A stretch of 26,970 nucleotides of DNA from an uncultured virus (IMG/VR IMGVR_UViG_3300009694_000018). Its lineage: Duplodnaviria > Heunggongvirae > Uroviricota > Caudoviricetes. The notes beneath the pieces were generated by a model, which was given only the letters and a program-made list of their open reading frames with translations, did no database searches and was not told the origin of the DNA. The translations under genes were made by a program, and so were the position numbers. The stretch is from the IMG/VR virus record IMGVR_UViG_3300009694_000018; one strand, given 5' to 3'. Every line of letters begins with the position of its first letter. The stretch's first letter is position 1. Positions 8,642 through 18,677 of the stretch are shown piece by piece.

Positions 8642-10939
8642 ATGAAAAATAAGAATGATAAGAATGAATACGAAATGATAAAAAATTATAATGGTTTCAT
8701 GACTAATTATATTAATGAAGAAATAGGGATGTTTAAAAAGAAAACCGAATCAAATATTATTGCTGAAATTAAAAGAGAAAATCTTAAAATTGGTGATAAA
8801 ATAATGACCAACGGTGAAGTTGACGGTGTTAATCTGGATTATTTAGCGGGAACAATAATAGATATGAAAGAATATGGTAATTTTCTTATTGAATTTGATG
8901 AACCAAATAAAAAATTTCACGCTGGATTTAAAGATATTGGTAAAAAAGGACATTGTTTTTATATTCCTTTAAAAAATATTGCCTCTAATGATCCAATATA
9001 TTTTGAAAAAATTATCAAAAAACACGAAGAAAATAAGAAGAACGAGGACATAAGGATGAATACAAAATATAAAATCGGTGATGTTATAGTTGGTATAGGT
9101 AGTATTAAAATTGGATATGATAATAAATTAATTAACATTGACGATGAAATAGCCATTACTTATTATCCTGTAGGCCCAGATCAATGGTGGGTGGGATTCT
9201 TAGATAAAACCGATAAAAATTTTAAAAGTGATAATGAAGGATTTCCTAAAAACGGAGCTGGTATAACTATAAATAAAATGAATATGAGACATGCCGAACC
9301 TGAAGAAATAGAGAAATTTAAAAAGAAAATAGATAAAGTAAAAAAAGAATTGGATAAAATAGGTCAACCATTTCAGTTGAACGATATTATTGTAGTAGAA
9401 GAAGGACGTTATGATAATGTCGATTTTAAAAATAATATTGGAATTATTAGGGAAGTTATATCACGTGGAATCTATAATAGATATAGTGTTCAATTTACAA
9501 ATAGATTTGATAATAATTTATACGACATTAATAATTTGATAGGGGTTCCTATGGGTTATGTGGTGCCACAAAATAAAATTAGAAGTGCTACAGAAGAAGA
9601 ATTAAAGAAAAACGAGTTGGAATTAAAATTATTAAAAGATAATATAGAATCATTTAATTATGATTATAAAGTTGGTGATTATATAATAGCTCAATCATCT
9701 CAAAATTTCATGTTAGATAATATGGACGGTCAAATCGGTGAAATTGTAAATATAGCCGGAAATAAACCAAGAGATAATTTCGGAATAAATTTTATGATCA
9801 AATTCTGTCAACAATTATATGTTCAAGGAAAAAATAAGAATTATTATAATCTACCAAGAGCAAATATTAGTATAATTAAAAAAGAAGAATCTGAAGATAT
9901 AAAAAGAAAATTAGATAATAAAGAAATTATGTTATTTATAACGAGTGATAGACTTTCAATGATATTATATAGATTAAATTTAAAAATAAAGTCTGCATTA
10001 ATGAATTTATCATATTTCGATATTACAGATACAAACGAAATGATCAGTTACATCCCATTAGATAAATTTAAAAGATTGGATGATAAAGAAAATCCATTCA
10101 AATCCAGATTTAGACAAATGATGAAAATTGGTAAATTTTTTAGAATAGTAAATGAAAAACTCACGGATAAAGATGTAGAATCTCTGACCAACGCATATAA
10201 AGCCACTTATGATTTGTGTATAAAAGGAATATCAGATAAATTAAAACTTGTATCGGGCGAAGATATACGATACTGGTATAATGGCGCTAATTACGTTCAG
10301 GGAGGAGGAATGTTAAATAGTTCTTGTATGAGAGGAACAAATAAAGCCCCAGAGATGCAAATGTTTGTTGATAATCCAGACGTCATTCAAATGTTGGTTT
10401 TATTGAACGATGATGGGAAAAAACTTCTAGGTAGAGCTTTAGTTTGGAGATTGGCTGTTCCTGAAGATGGAACGTTTATGGATTATGTTTATACAAGATA
10501 TGACAAAGATAGAGATTTATTTCAAATGTATGCAGCTAACGAAGGATGGATAACGAGAGAGGGAAATAGTTATAGAAGTAATATGATATGTGCTCTTCAT
10601 ACTGATAAAAAATATCAACAAGGTATAAACGCATTAGATCATTTTGACACATTTCATTTGGTTTCTACACAAAATTATTTGACAAACGGCGATAATAATT
10701 GGAAAAATCCATATATGAAAAAAAAAGAAGGAAGTGAAACAACCGAAATTAAAAAAATAGAATCAAAATTTAAAGAAGGAGATAAAATAATATACAAAAA
10801 AGATAAATCTGTATATGATAATAAAAAAGGAATATTTATAGGAGTTAGACCAGATGGCAAATATTCTATACAATTCGATGAAGGAAATAAAAGATTTGCA
10901 GCAAACGCTCAAAATGTTTATCCTTATACGGAAAAGTAA
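8642..10939 (+). CDS. Large hypothetical protein: four N-terminal SH3/KOW-like repeats, an SCMR...GRALVW...MDYVY domain and a C-terminal KOW-like module
   Basis: Repeats starting KIGDKI, KIGDVI, QLNDII and KVGDYI resemble those of 6116..8137; start may be 8675 (MIKNYNGF). Confidence 0.8.
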   Translation: MKNKNDKNEYEMIKNYNGFMTNYINEEIGMFKKKTESNIIAEIKRENLKIGDKIMTNGEVDGVNLDYLAGTIIDMKEYGNFLIEFDEPNKKFHAGFKDIGKKGHCFYIPLKNIASNDPIYFEKIIKKHEENKKNEDIRMNTKYKIGDVIVGIGSIKIGYDNKLINIDDEIAITYYPVGPDQWWVGFLDKTDKNFKSDNEGFPKNGAGITINKMNMRHAEPEEIEKFKKKIDKVKKELDKIGQPFQLNDIIVVEEGRYDNVDFKNNIGIIREVISRGIYNRYSVQFTNRFDNNLYDINNLIGVPMGYVVPQNKIRSATEEELKKNELELKLLKDNIESFNYDYKVGDYIIAQSSQNFMLDNMDGQIGEIVNIAGNKPRDNFGINFMIKFCQQLYVQGKNKNYYNLPRANISIIKKEESEDIKRKLDNKEIMLFITSDRLSMILYRLNLKIKSALMNLSYFDITDTNEMISYIPLDKFKRLDDKENPFKSRFRQMMKIGKFFRIVNEKLTDKDVESLTNAYKATYDLCIKGISDKLKLVSGEDIRYWYNGANYVQGGGMLNSSCMRGTNKAPEMQMFVDNPDVIQMLVLLNDDGKKLLGRALVWRLAVPEDGTFMDYVYTRYDKDRDLFQMYAANEGWITREGNSYRSNMICALHTDKKYQQGINALDHFDTFHLVSTQNYLTNGDNNWKNPYMKKKEGSETTEIKKIESKFKEGDKIIYKKDKSVYDNKKGIFIGVRPDGKYSIQFDEGNKRFAANAQNVYPYTEK

Positions 10940-10953
10940 TATAAAAAAAGAAA

Positions 10954-11844
10954 ATGATGGAATTTAAATTAACAGATAAAAGAAAAATATATAATCTTTT
11001 TACCATTAAAAGATTTAAACAAAATTATTCTGATTTTATTAATAATTTGATGTGGAGATTATATCAAAACGGACACTGGAATAAATTATTGGGCGATGGC
11101 AATTATGGGATAGTAAATACAGAATATTCATTAGAAAAATTAAAATACAGCAAAGACGCCAATCTAGATAAAGAAATTAGAGAATATTACGTTAAAGTTC
11201 ATGATGATAAAGATCCAATGTGGTCATTATTAAATTATGTTAATACGCATTGGACAAGTTTTGCAGAAATTGTAGATACTCTAAATTATTTCATAATCAA
11301 AGGATATAAAAATAATAACGAAAAAGTACTGCTTAATTTTGATAATGATTATTTTGAAAACTTAGAGAGAATGAAATATTTAATGACAAAATATGCTTAT
11401 GATATATTTTTTCCACATGATAATCTTACAATATTTTATAGAATAATGAGTGCTATAGCAAAATCAACATACATAGGAAACAAAGGAGAATGTCTGACTA
11501 TGAAATATCTTTCTAATATTGGTGAAATATCAGATGTTATAAAAAGTGAACCAGGTCAAAGAATAGATACACATAAAGGTGTTGATGTTAAATTCAAATT
11601 AAATGGTGTTAAAAAGACATTACAATGTAAATCCTTCACAGATCACGAAGTAGTGGATAATGTACATGTCTTTCGTAATATAAGTAATCCTGGATGGTAT
11701 AATGTGGATTATTTTTCATTCGTTAATAGTAAAAATGGTCATATATTCGTATTTGATACTACAAAAAACGGATTAAAATACACAGAAAATAGAGGGGTAT
11801 ATGTGTTCGATAAAGATTTGTTGGAATTTGAAATAAAAATATAA
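10954..11844 (+). CDS. Putative PD-(D/E)xK nuclease-fold protein
   Basis: GNKGE helix followed by D-x3-GVD...LQCKS catalytic-type pattern in the C-terminal half. Confidence 0.55.
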   Translation: MMEFKLTDKRKIYNLFTIKRFKQNYSDFINNLMWRLYQNGHWNKLLGDGNYGIVNTEYSLEKLKYSKDANLDKEIREYYVKVHDDKDPMWSLLNYVNTHWTSFAEIVDTLNYFIIKGYKNNNEKVLLNFDNDYFENLERMKYLMTKYAYDIFFPHDNLTIFYRIMSAIAKSTYIGNKGECLTMKYLSNIGEISDVIKSEPGQRIDTHKGVDVKFKLNGVKKTLQCKSFTDHEVVDNVHVFRNISNPGWYNVDYFSFVNSKNGHIFVFDTTKNGLKYTENRGVYVFDKDLLEFEIKI

Positions 11845-11853
11845 AATGATAAA

Positions 11854-12324
11854 ATGGAAATAGGTGAAAATTATGAAGGAGGTATAGTTTTTTATACATG
11901 GGATGAAGGCACACATGGATTGATTGCACATCCAACAGATGCTATTTTTCCACATAAAAAATGGGAATGGGGTTGTTATGGTGTATTTATTTCTGCCAGT
12001 GGCACATCAATTGGTGACGGTAAATTAAATACTACTTTAATGTATGATAATTGTGGTGAATCTTCAGCAGCATATTATTGTTCAGGATTAACAACAGACG
12101 GATATACTGATTGGTTTTTGCCTTCAAAAGATGAATTAGAACAATTGTATTTACAAAACGAAATAGTGGGAGGATTTAGAAATGGTAATTATTACTGGAG
12201 TTCTTCAGAAGATAATGAAAATAATGCATGGTTACATTATTTCACCACTGACACTGTATTAGATAAACAGAGAAGTTTAGGTAAAAATGGAAGTTGTTAT
12301 ATTAGAGCTATCAGACAATTTTAA
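11854..12324 (+). CDS. DUF1566 (Lcl C-terminal, C-type-lectin-like fold) protein
   Basis: GGIVFY...HGLI, GYTDWFLPSKDELxxLY, YWSSSE...AW and YIRAIRQF. Confidence 0.85.
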   Translation: MEIGENYEGGIVFYTWDEGTHGLIAHPTDAIFPHKKWEWGCYGVFISASGTSIGDGKLNTTLMYDNCGESSAAYYCSGLTTDGYTDWFLPSKDELEQLYLQNEIVGGFRNGNYYWSSSEDNENNAWLHYFTTDTVLDKQRSLGKNGSCYIRAIRQF

Positions 12325-12341
12325 AAAAAAAATGTGATTAT

Positions 12342-12821
12342 ATGCAAAAATATATTGATTTTATCAATGAAGAAGCAACAATAGATGGATTAGATAGATT
12401 AGGACAGATAAGAAATCTAAGGCATCCAGTATCAGTGGCCGCCTGGAGAGCATATGCTGTTGAAGCCGAAAAACTTGTAGGTAAGGTTGTTCAATTTTTA
12501 GAAAGAGGAAAAGTTCTATATAAGAATCAATATGCAGGAGAACCACAGTTTAAACCTGTACCAAAAACTTTGAAATGTACTGGTATTCGTTTTGATAAAA
12601 ATTTAGATGATCGTGATGGTAATGAAGTTTTAAAAAATGATGAAGTGCCATACTTGATCATATTAGATTTTAGAGGTAATCCACATATAGTTGATAACTA
12701 TCTTATAAAATATTATGGAAAACCTGTAGAAAAAGTATATAAAGAATTACCAGATGCGGAAAAGTGGTGGTTTTCAAATTCTAAATTAGATAATAAAATT
12801 AAAAATAAAAAATTTAAATAA
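12342..12821 (+). CDS. Hypothetical protein with MQKYIDFINEE leader
   Basis: 159-aa ORF in an operon-like run. Confidence 0.75.
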   Translation: MQKYIDFINEEATIDGLDRLGQIRNLRHPVSVAAWRAYAVEAEKLVGKVVQFLERGKVLYKNQYAGEPQFKPVPKTLKCTGIRFDKNLDDRDGNEVLKNDEVPYLIILDFRGNPHIVDNYLIKYYGKPVEKVYKELPDAEKWWFSNSKLDNKIKNKKFK

Positions 12822-12846
12822 TATATAAAAAAAAATATAAATTGAA

Positions 12847-13347
12847 ATGGTAAAAAATTGGAATAAATTTTTCGAAAGTTTAAATATACCTGGGCTAAAA
12901 ATAGATGATATTGTTAATGGCATTGAACCTTCTGGAAAAGCTCATAAAAATATATTATCAATATTTTTCAACACGTATGAAAATTATATTGATATTGATG
13001 ATCCTCAAAAACATATTTTTAAAGTTAATGATTTAACTGGTGATATTCTAGGTAATGGACGCGTTCAATTTAGATCTATTGTTTTTGGAAAAAACGAATT
13101 GGATGTTATCATAAAGAATAATATTGTTAATATAGCATTAAAAGAGTTTTATTCAAATTTACCAAATAATTTAAATATATTTGGTATTGATATTAAACCA
13201 ATTTCATTTGTTAATAAAGATGATTTGAAATTTTCATTTGAAAATCTTTTAACTATAGACGAATTAAAAAGAATAATAACATCTATATCAGGATATATGT
13301 TTGTTGGCGAACGTGACGGATATTTTATATGGAGAAAAAATATTTAA
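12847..13347 (+). CDS. Hypothetical protein with MVKNWNKFFES leader
   Basis: 166-aa ORF; TAATATATA at 12819; terminator downstream. Confidence 0.78.
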   Translation: MVKNWNKFFESLNIPGLKIDDIVNGIEPSGKAHKNILSIFFNTYENYIDIDDPQKHIFKVNDLTGDILGNGRVQFRSIVFGKNELDVIIKNNIVNIALKEFYSNLPNNLNIFGIDIKPISFVNKDDLKFSFENLLTIDELKRIITSISGYMFVGERDGYFIWRKNI

Positions 13348-13395
13348 TACAAAAAAAAGCGACAATATTATATTGTCGCTTTTTTTTGTATTAAA
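13343..13395. terminator. Bidirectional terminator, perfect 25-bp inverted repeat
   Basis: TTTAATACAAAAAAAAGCGACAATA-TTA-TATTGTCGCTTTTTTTTGTATTAAA; the arms contain the stop codons of both convergent genes. Confidence 0.9.
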
Positions 13396-13726
13396 GAACG
13401 TCTTTTAAATATTCTCCTTTTTTTAAAACAATATGTTTACAGTATGATTGATCTTTTAGTTCATTTAACCAAGGATTCCAATATTTCATGTATACCCCAA
13501 TAAAATCATGAGGACTATCTCTTTCTAATCGACTTTTCCTAAATGTTTTTTGATATCTTCGACATATTCTTTCTGTAATCCTTTATCTTTATATTTCCAA
13601 TATTCTTATTTCTATAGCATCAATATCAGTTTTTTCACAAATGTATGTTTTACCTGCACCACAAAAAGCAGCACACAATATAGTATGTTTATTGAATTCT
13701 TTTGATTTTTTGTTTTCCATCGTCAT
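13391..13726 (-). pseudogene. Disrupted P-loop NTPase / nucleotide-kinase-like gene
   Basis: MTMENKK...ILCAAFCGAGKTY (Walker A-like); frameshift near 13606 into EYWKYKDKG...GKVD; second break near 13528 into ERDSPHDFIG...YLKDVL*; absent from the ORF track. Confidence 0.7.
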
Positions 13727-13727
13727 G

Positions 13728-14423
13728 TCACTGTAAAAATTTTATTTCATTATTTTCAATATTCCAATCAATAGTTATTGGTTTATATTCATATTCATAT
13801 CTTTCATTTAAGATGGATGCATTAAAATAATGAGTATTACCATCAAAATAATAACCACGACCAGAATGAATATGACCACAAATAAAAATCTTTGGCTTTA
13901 TTTCTTTAATCTTTTTATCTAACTCTTCGCATCCTAAATTTTCATTTCTTCCAATAACTTTATCTAGTTTTCCAAAAGAAGGACCGTGAGTAATTAAAAT
14001 ATCTACACCCATTGGAATTTTATCCCAATGTTGTTTTATATCTTCACCTCTTTTTGCATTAAATGCCCAATTACAAAATTCGGGTTGCCATGGCGACCCC
14101 CAAATCTTTATAGAAGTCGAATAATCATCTCCAATCAGATGAAGATCGTCTTGAAGATAAATTATATTTTCGTAAGACTTTACTATTTCTATAGATTTAT
14201 CATAATTATCTTGAAAACCAAAATCGTGATTTCCTGCTATGAAAATTTTAAGTCCGTAATTGTCAATTTCATTGAACCATTTACAAAAATTTTCGATTTC
14301 ATGATCATAACCTCTCGATGATATATCCCCAGAATGAATTAAAATATCACCACCTGGCAATAAATCCTTTAAAGCTTTATGTTTATTATGAGTATCGGAT
14401 ATAAAAGTTAGAATTTTATTCAT
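13728..14423 (-). CDS. Calcineurin-like metallophosphoesterase (MPPED/239FB-like)
   Basis: SDTH, HSGD, AGNHD, ITHGP and GHIH motifs. Confidence 0.93.
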   Translation of the reverse strand: MNKILTFISDTHNKHKALKDLLPGGDILIHSGDISSRGYDHEIENFCKWFNEIDNYGLKIFIAGNHDFGFQDNYDKSIEIVKSYENIIYLQDDLHLIGDDYSTSIKIWGSPWQPEFCNWAFNAKRGEDIKQHWDKIPMGVDILITHGPSFGKLDKVIGRNENLGCEELDKKIKEIKPKIFICGHIHSGRGYYFDGNTHYFNASILNERYEYEYKPITIDWNIENNEIKFLQ

Positions 14424-14446
14424 TTTTAATTTTTTTATTTTTATTA

Positions 14447-14608
14447 TTATAAAAAACTTTTAATTATAAATATAAGTCCACCTATACAAACAATGATTAA
14501 TCCTATAAGAATCAATAATGGACTTAAAAATTGAATAGTTTTTACGAAAATATAAAACAATATCAATATAATTAATATTAATGCACCAATGGTTATTGCT
14601 TTTTTCAT
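14447..14608 (-). CDS. Small membrane protein (53 aa, two predicted TM helices)
   Basis: MKKAITIGALILIILILFYIFVKTIQFLSPLLILIGLIIVCIGGLIFIIKSFL; fills the gap in a minus-strand gene run; absent from the ORF track. Confidence 0.7.
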   Translation of the reverse strand: MKKAITIGALILIILILFYIFVKTIQFLSPLLILIGLIIVCIGGLIFIIKSFL

Positions 14609-14633
14609 TTTTAAAATTCTTAATTTTTAAAAT

Positions 14634-14858
14634 TTAATAATGCATAAAATTAAATTTTTCAATTGTATAGTAAAGTTCTTTGATTTTACTAATCATTTTT
14701 TGGTGAAAAATATCATTTTCTGCTTTAGTTGGAAATTTATTGATTTTTTCATTATATTCATCGACTAGTTTATTCACTTCCATAACAATAATATTTTTTT
14801 TATTATTTTTATATTTGCCATAATGCCCTAGATGTCCCTTTGTTAAATATTTTTCCAT
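14634..14858 (-). CDS. Hypothetical protein
   Basis: 74-aa ORF packed 2 nt from the upstream gene. Confidence 0.6.
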   Translation of the reverse strand: MEKYLTKGHLGHYGKYKNNKKNIIVMEVNKLVDEYNEKINKFPTKAENDIFHQKMISKIKELYYTIEKFNFMHY

Positions 14859-14860
14859 AT

Positions 14861-15163
14861 TTAAAATTTTAATAATTTTTCAATAATTTTTTTGTCATGA
14901 TCACTATAACAAAAACGTTTATATTCATTAAACCACCTCAAATAACCTTTATCTATTAATAGTTCTATTCTCTTATCACTATCAAGAAAAATTATCTCTC
15001 CACTTGGAAATCCAACTATGTACGTATTGCACTTATAGAATCTTTCTTTTTTTTCTTTATGATTATAATAAAGTATACGTAACCAATTAAAAACATTATC
15101 AATACAAGCAGTAGATAATAATCCAATTATTAAAACTAAAACAATTTTAGTTGAAATGTCCAT
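14861..15163 (-). CDS. Hypothetical protein with N-terminal hydrophobic anchor
   Basis: KIVLVLIIGLLSTAC could be a TM helix or a lipoprotein signal. Confidence 0.65.
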   Translation of the reverse strand: MDISTKIVLVLIIGLLSTACIDNVFNWLRILYYNHKEKKERFYKCNTYIVGFPSGEIIFLDSDKRIELLIDKGYLRWFNEYKRFCYSDHDKKIIEKLLKF

Positions 15164-15248
15164 ATTATCCGATTTTTCAAAAAGATTTTAATTAATAACG
15201 TAAAGGCAAAATTAAGAAAAGTTTTTTAAAAATAAAAATTAATTTCTT

Positions 15249-15770
15249 TTATTTTAATTTAAGAACAGATAGAGCTAATAATGTTTTACCATCAATGAAA
15301 TCTGTTTTCTTTATTTCTTCTTTCGTGAGTTCCACTATTTCAATTTCTTCATTTTCGCTCTCTAATCCACCTCCTTGACCAATTTTATTTGAAACTGTCG
15401 CAAAATAAATAGATATTCTCTCATTAGTTTTTCCTGGCGATGTGAAATATGGTTTAACTATTTGATTTATAGTATCTGTTGCATATCCAAGTTCTTCTTC
15501 AATTTCCATTTTTATTGTAGTGACTTCATCTAAACCAGCATGGTCTAACATTCCAGCTGCTAATTCTATTATATTCATTTTAGGACCCGGACGAAATTGT
15601 TTGACAAATAGATATTTATTTTTAACAGTATTAAAAACTACTGATGCAACGGCGTCTTTAGAATTAATATACTCCCTTACAACGTTTTGGTTTTTTTTTC
15701 CTTGTAGTTGTAGGGTATGGACTTTCATGTATCCTGCGTTTTTTGGTGGTGTATCTGATATTATTTTCAT
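15249..15770 (-). CDS. Nudix hydrolase (ADP-ribose pyrophosphatase-like)
   Basis: VKQFRP...IELAAGMLD...EIEEELG Nudix box; YFTSPG and ENEEIE. Confidence 0.9.
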   Translation of the reverse strand: MKIISDTPPKNAGYMKVHTLQLQGKKNQNVVREYINSKDAVASVVFNTVKNKYLFVKQFRPGPKMNIIELAAGMLDHAGLDEVTTIKMEIEEELGYATDTINQIVKPYFTSPGKTNERISIYFATVSNKIGQGGGLESENEEIEIVELTKEEIKKTDFIDGKTLLALSVLKLK

Positions 15771-15788
15771 AAGGTTATATATTAAAAA

Positions 15789-16901
15789 TTAAAATTGAAA
15801 ACATAAATCATATTCAGTTCTGAATATATATTCACTGCCTAATAATCGAATCATTTCTTCCTTCCAATTAGTTATTTCAGCCAATTCTACTAATGGAACA
15901 TTATTTATTTTCATTTGTCTTATTTTCCATATCATACTATTTTCATTATTAGAATCATATTTCAAAAAATACCACATTTTACCATCTATACATTTATCAT
16001 AAACAACGATCCCTTGATTCTTTAAATGATTAATAATCACTTCTTCGTCTATACCATATTGTTTTATTTTATCATTTAATATATTCATTTTTGTGTCCAT
16101 TCTACCTTGAACTTGCCACCAATATATTCTTTTAGTAACAAATAAGTTTTTATTTGGATGATTTAACGGTAATTCTGAACATTGAACTAAATCATAAAAT
16201 AAATTAAATCCATTAGGAATAGACGATATGATAAGTCTAGATTCTTTTTTCATTTTGTTAATCAAATTCATATAAAAAGGTTCAATAATATATTGAGGAA
16301 TTTTAGAAAATTCATCTATGTAAAAAATATCATAGTCTTCAATTTGTAATTCTTTTGTTCTAATAGCAGTTTCTATTCTTGATCCATTTTCAAAAATCAA
16401 TGATTTTTTATTCCACACTAAAACTCCTTGTTTTAAATAGAATGGCAATAAAAGATAAATATCTTTTAATTTACTTAGTATTTCACTTGCCGTTTGAAAT
16501 TTATTACCCACTATTAATATTTTTTTATCATCTTCAAACAACATCTTATGTAAGAATAATATACACATTGTAACGTTTATACCAACTTGTCTACTTTTAA
16601 GAATAATAGAGAATCTATTTAATTCTTCTTCAAGAATTTCTTTTTGATAATCTCTTAATTCTATTGTCCGTATTTTACCATAATCATTAATAATTTTAAT
16701 ATAATTTTCTGCGAAATATTGAACACTATTATAACACTTAGCATACTCATGAAGTTCTTTATGTGAAAGGCTGAAACACATACCAGATTTCCTAACTCCT
16801 TCTATGTTTTGAAACCATATCTTGTCTTTTCTTGTAGTTTTTTCAGATTTGTTATACTTAACAAGAATGTTATTGATATCATCTGTTGTAAAAATTTTCA
16901 T
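15789..16901 (-). CDS. Terminase large subunit (T4 gp17-like) ATPase-domain paralogue, degenerate
   Basis: EYAKC...YFAENY, LRDYQ, KSRQVG(I), FENGS, YIDEF, ISSIPNG.N.FY and FRTEY motifs; no nuclease domain; start 16901 follows CAATATATA (ORF track gives 16958). Confidence 0.85.
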   Translation of the reverse strand: MKIFTTDDINNILVKYNKSEKTTRKDKIWFQNIEGVRKSGMCFSLSHKELHEYAKCYNSVQYFAENYIKIINDYGKIRTIELRDYQKEILEEELNRFSIILKSRQVGINVTMCILFLHKMLFEDDKKILIVGNKFQTASEILSKLKDIYLLLPFYLKQGVLVWNKKSLIFENGSRIETAIRTKELQIEDYDIFYIDEFSKIPQYIIEPFYMNLINKMKKESRLIISSIPNGFNLFYDLVQCSELPLNHPNKNLFVTKRIYWWQVQGRMDTKMNILNDKIKQYGIDEEVIINHLKNQGIVVYDKCIDGKMWYFLKYDSNNENSMIWKIRQMKINNVPLVELAEITNWKEEMIRLLGSEYIFRTEYDLCFQF

Positions 16902-16961
16902 AAGATTTTTTTCCAGTATATATTGAACAAAGTGAGGTCGAAAATAATAAAAAGACAAAAA

Positions 16962-17004
16962 TTAAAAACCACTTTGTTGTTTTTTCATACAAAGTGGTTT
17001 TTAA
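16962..17004 (-). terminator. Intrinsic terminator
   Basis: TTAAAAACCACTTTGT...ACAAAGTGGTTTTTAA inverted repeat at the stop of 17001..17264. Confidence 0.75.
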
Positions 17005-17264
17005 ATTATTATTTTCAAATTTTTAGGTTTTATTATTTTCAAATTTTCAGGTGGTATGTTTCCCCAACATAAAACTTCCCATTCTTTACAATCGTCAAAA
17101 CAAGTTAATTTCAAATTTCCAGTTTCTACCTCTAAACAAACTGTTCCTTTTGACCATTTATCTGGTGATGGTGTAAGATAAACAATACCTAATTCAGATG
17201 TATTTAATCCGTTTTTTAATATTGATTTTATTTTATTTTTGTATGTCCAATGATAAAGTTTCAT
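17001..17264 (-). CDS. Small ADP-ribosyltransferase-fold protein (Tpt1/KptA- or DUF952-like)
   Basis: LYHxT...SILKNGL...VYLT...LEV...NIPPENL pattern. Confidence 0.6.
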   Translation of the reverse strand: MKLYHWTYKNKIKSILKNGLNTSELGIVYLTPSPDKWSKGTVCLEVETGNLKLTCFDDCKEWEVLCWGNIPPENLKIIKPKNLKIII

Positions 17265-17305
17265 TTTATTTTGCAGTCGTATTTTATTCTGGATGTTTAA
17301 CTAAT

Positions 17306-17710
17306 TTAAGTATCATTTTTTTCTAATATCTCTAATTTCTCTATTCTTTTTAATTCTTTTTTTAAATCTTCTTCGTAATATTTTTCTAGAAATTGAATAT
17401 CGTAGTCTTTTATTTCGTATATTTTTTTAATTTTATCGTAGTTATTTTTTTTTGTTTTTTTTAATTTTTCTTGACTTTTTTCCCAATACCATTGTGGAAT
17501 AATATGTACATTTTTAAAATGTTCAAACCACATATCTACCGCAGAAGCTTTATCTACATTTTTGTGATTGAATTCTTTTGCGATCTTTGGGTATTGCTTT
17601 CCGAATTTACGATTAATAATAAAAAATGATGATATTTTATCTTCATCAGACACTTCTTTATAAGTGTTTTTATTGACAAATATCCTATTAATTATTTCTT
17701 TGAAATCCAT
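17306..17710 (-). CDS. Hypothetical protein, possibly clamp-loader small subunit (gp62-like)
   Basis: Size and FFIINR...EFN...W pattern are reminiscent of gp62; weak. Confidence 0.4.
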   Translation of the reverse strand: MDFKEIINRIFVNKNTYKEVSDEDKISSFFIINRKFGKQYPKIAKEFNHKNVDKASAVDMWFEHFKNVHIIPQWYWEKSQEKLKKTKKNNYDKIKKIYEIKDYDIQFLEKYYEEDLKKELKRIEKLEILEKNDT

Positions 17711-17758
17711 AAATGTTATATGGAAATGAAGTTAAAATGTTTAATTAAAAAATTGAAA

Positions 17759-18238
17759 TTACATATTCCATTTTCCACTAAAAGATTTATATGGAAAAAC
17801 ATGATTATTTTTATATTCTTTATCCCCTCTAGCTTCTCTTTCTAATCTTTCTTTTTCTAACTTTTTAGCTAAAATGGATTTTTCATTTTCTATTTTAATT
17901 TTTTCCCACATGAAATCATCCAAAATATATAAACAATCTATCAAATTTGTTGTCGTTGTTTCAAATATAACCGGATTGAAAGATTTTCTAATATCTCTAA
18001 TTCTTGAAAAGTATTCATCATTTTTTTTCTTATATATACTAATTTTATATAAATCGGAAATTAAACAGACAGCTTTAGTTTTATCAATCAAATCAAATGG
18101 ATATGCTTCATTATTTTGCAATATTCTAATTTCTTTTTCTGTGAATTTAATTCCATCTATTGGATCTTTTGATTCACTAGGTTTATTTAGTATAACCATT
18201 TCATTTACATATTCTTTATATTCAAATATATTATTCAT
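17759..18238 (-). CDS. Hypothetical protein with MNNIFEYKEYVNE leader
   Basis: 159-aa ORF directly after TAATATATA (18243-18251). Confidence 0.75.
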   Translation of the reverse strand: MNNIFEYKEYVNEMVILNKPSESKDPIDGIKFTEKEIRILQNNEAYPFDLIDKTKAVCLISDLYKISIYKKKNDEYFSRIRDIRKSFNPVIFETTTTNLIDCLYILDDFMWEKIKIENEKSILAKKLEKERLEREARGDKEYKNNHVFPYKSFSGKWNM

Positions 18239-18253
18239 ACCCTATATATTAAA

Positions 18254-18622
18254 TTATTTTAATAAAATTTCGAAATTATATCCCTTTATTATAAAATTAA
18301 GATATAAAATATCTCTATATGTTCCTTCATATAGTTGAATATCGAATGAGTATTCCAAATCATTTAATTCCGGTATATATGTGTTGATTTGTTCCATTAT
18401 TAAATTTCTAATATCAGGAACAGGAACTTTTGTTTGCCACAAAAAATATTCAAGATTACATCCCATATTTGGTTCGCCATATAGATCTCCTTTATTTGTA
18501 AATAAAATCATTTCCAATTTCTGAACAATTACTTCGACTATATCATCTTCGACAATAATATTACTATGAAATCTAGGATGACCATCATACTTTATGTATA
18601 AATCTTTAAAATCTAAAACCAT
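18254..18622 (-). CDS. Baseplate wedge gp25-like protein
   Basis: ILFTNKGDLYGEPNMGCNLEYFLW...INTYIPE matches the gp25/GPW pattern LxTxxGExxxxPxFGxxL. Confidence 0.75.
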   Translation of the reverse strand: MVLDFKDLYIKYDGHPRFHSNIIVEDDIVEVIVQKLEMILFTNKGDLYGEPNMGCNLEYFLWQTKVPVPDIRNLIMEQINTYIPELNDLEYSFDIQLYEGTYRDILYLNFIIKGYNFEILLK

Positions 18623-18677
18623 AATAAAAATAGAACTTCTTTTTATTATATATATATTAAAAATACAAACACTTAAA

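Noticed and set aside
11854..12324. DUF1566 protein as the target of a diversity-generating retroelement
   Set aside because: No reverse transcriptase and no template repeat matching its 3' end is visible in the window
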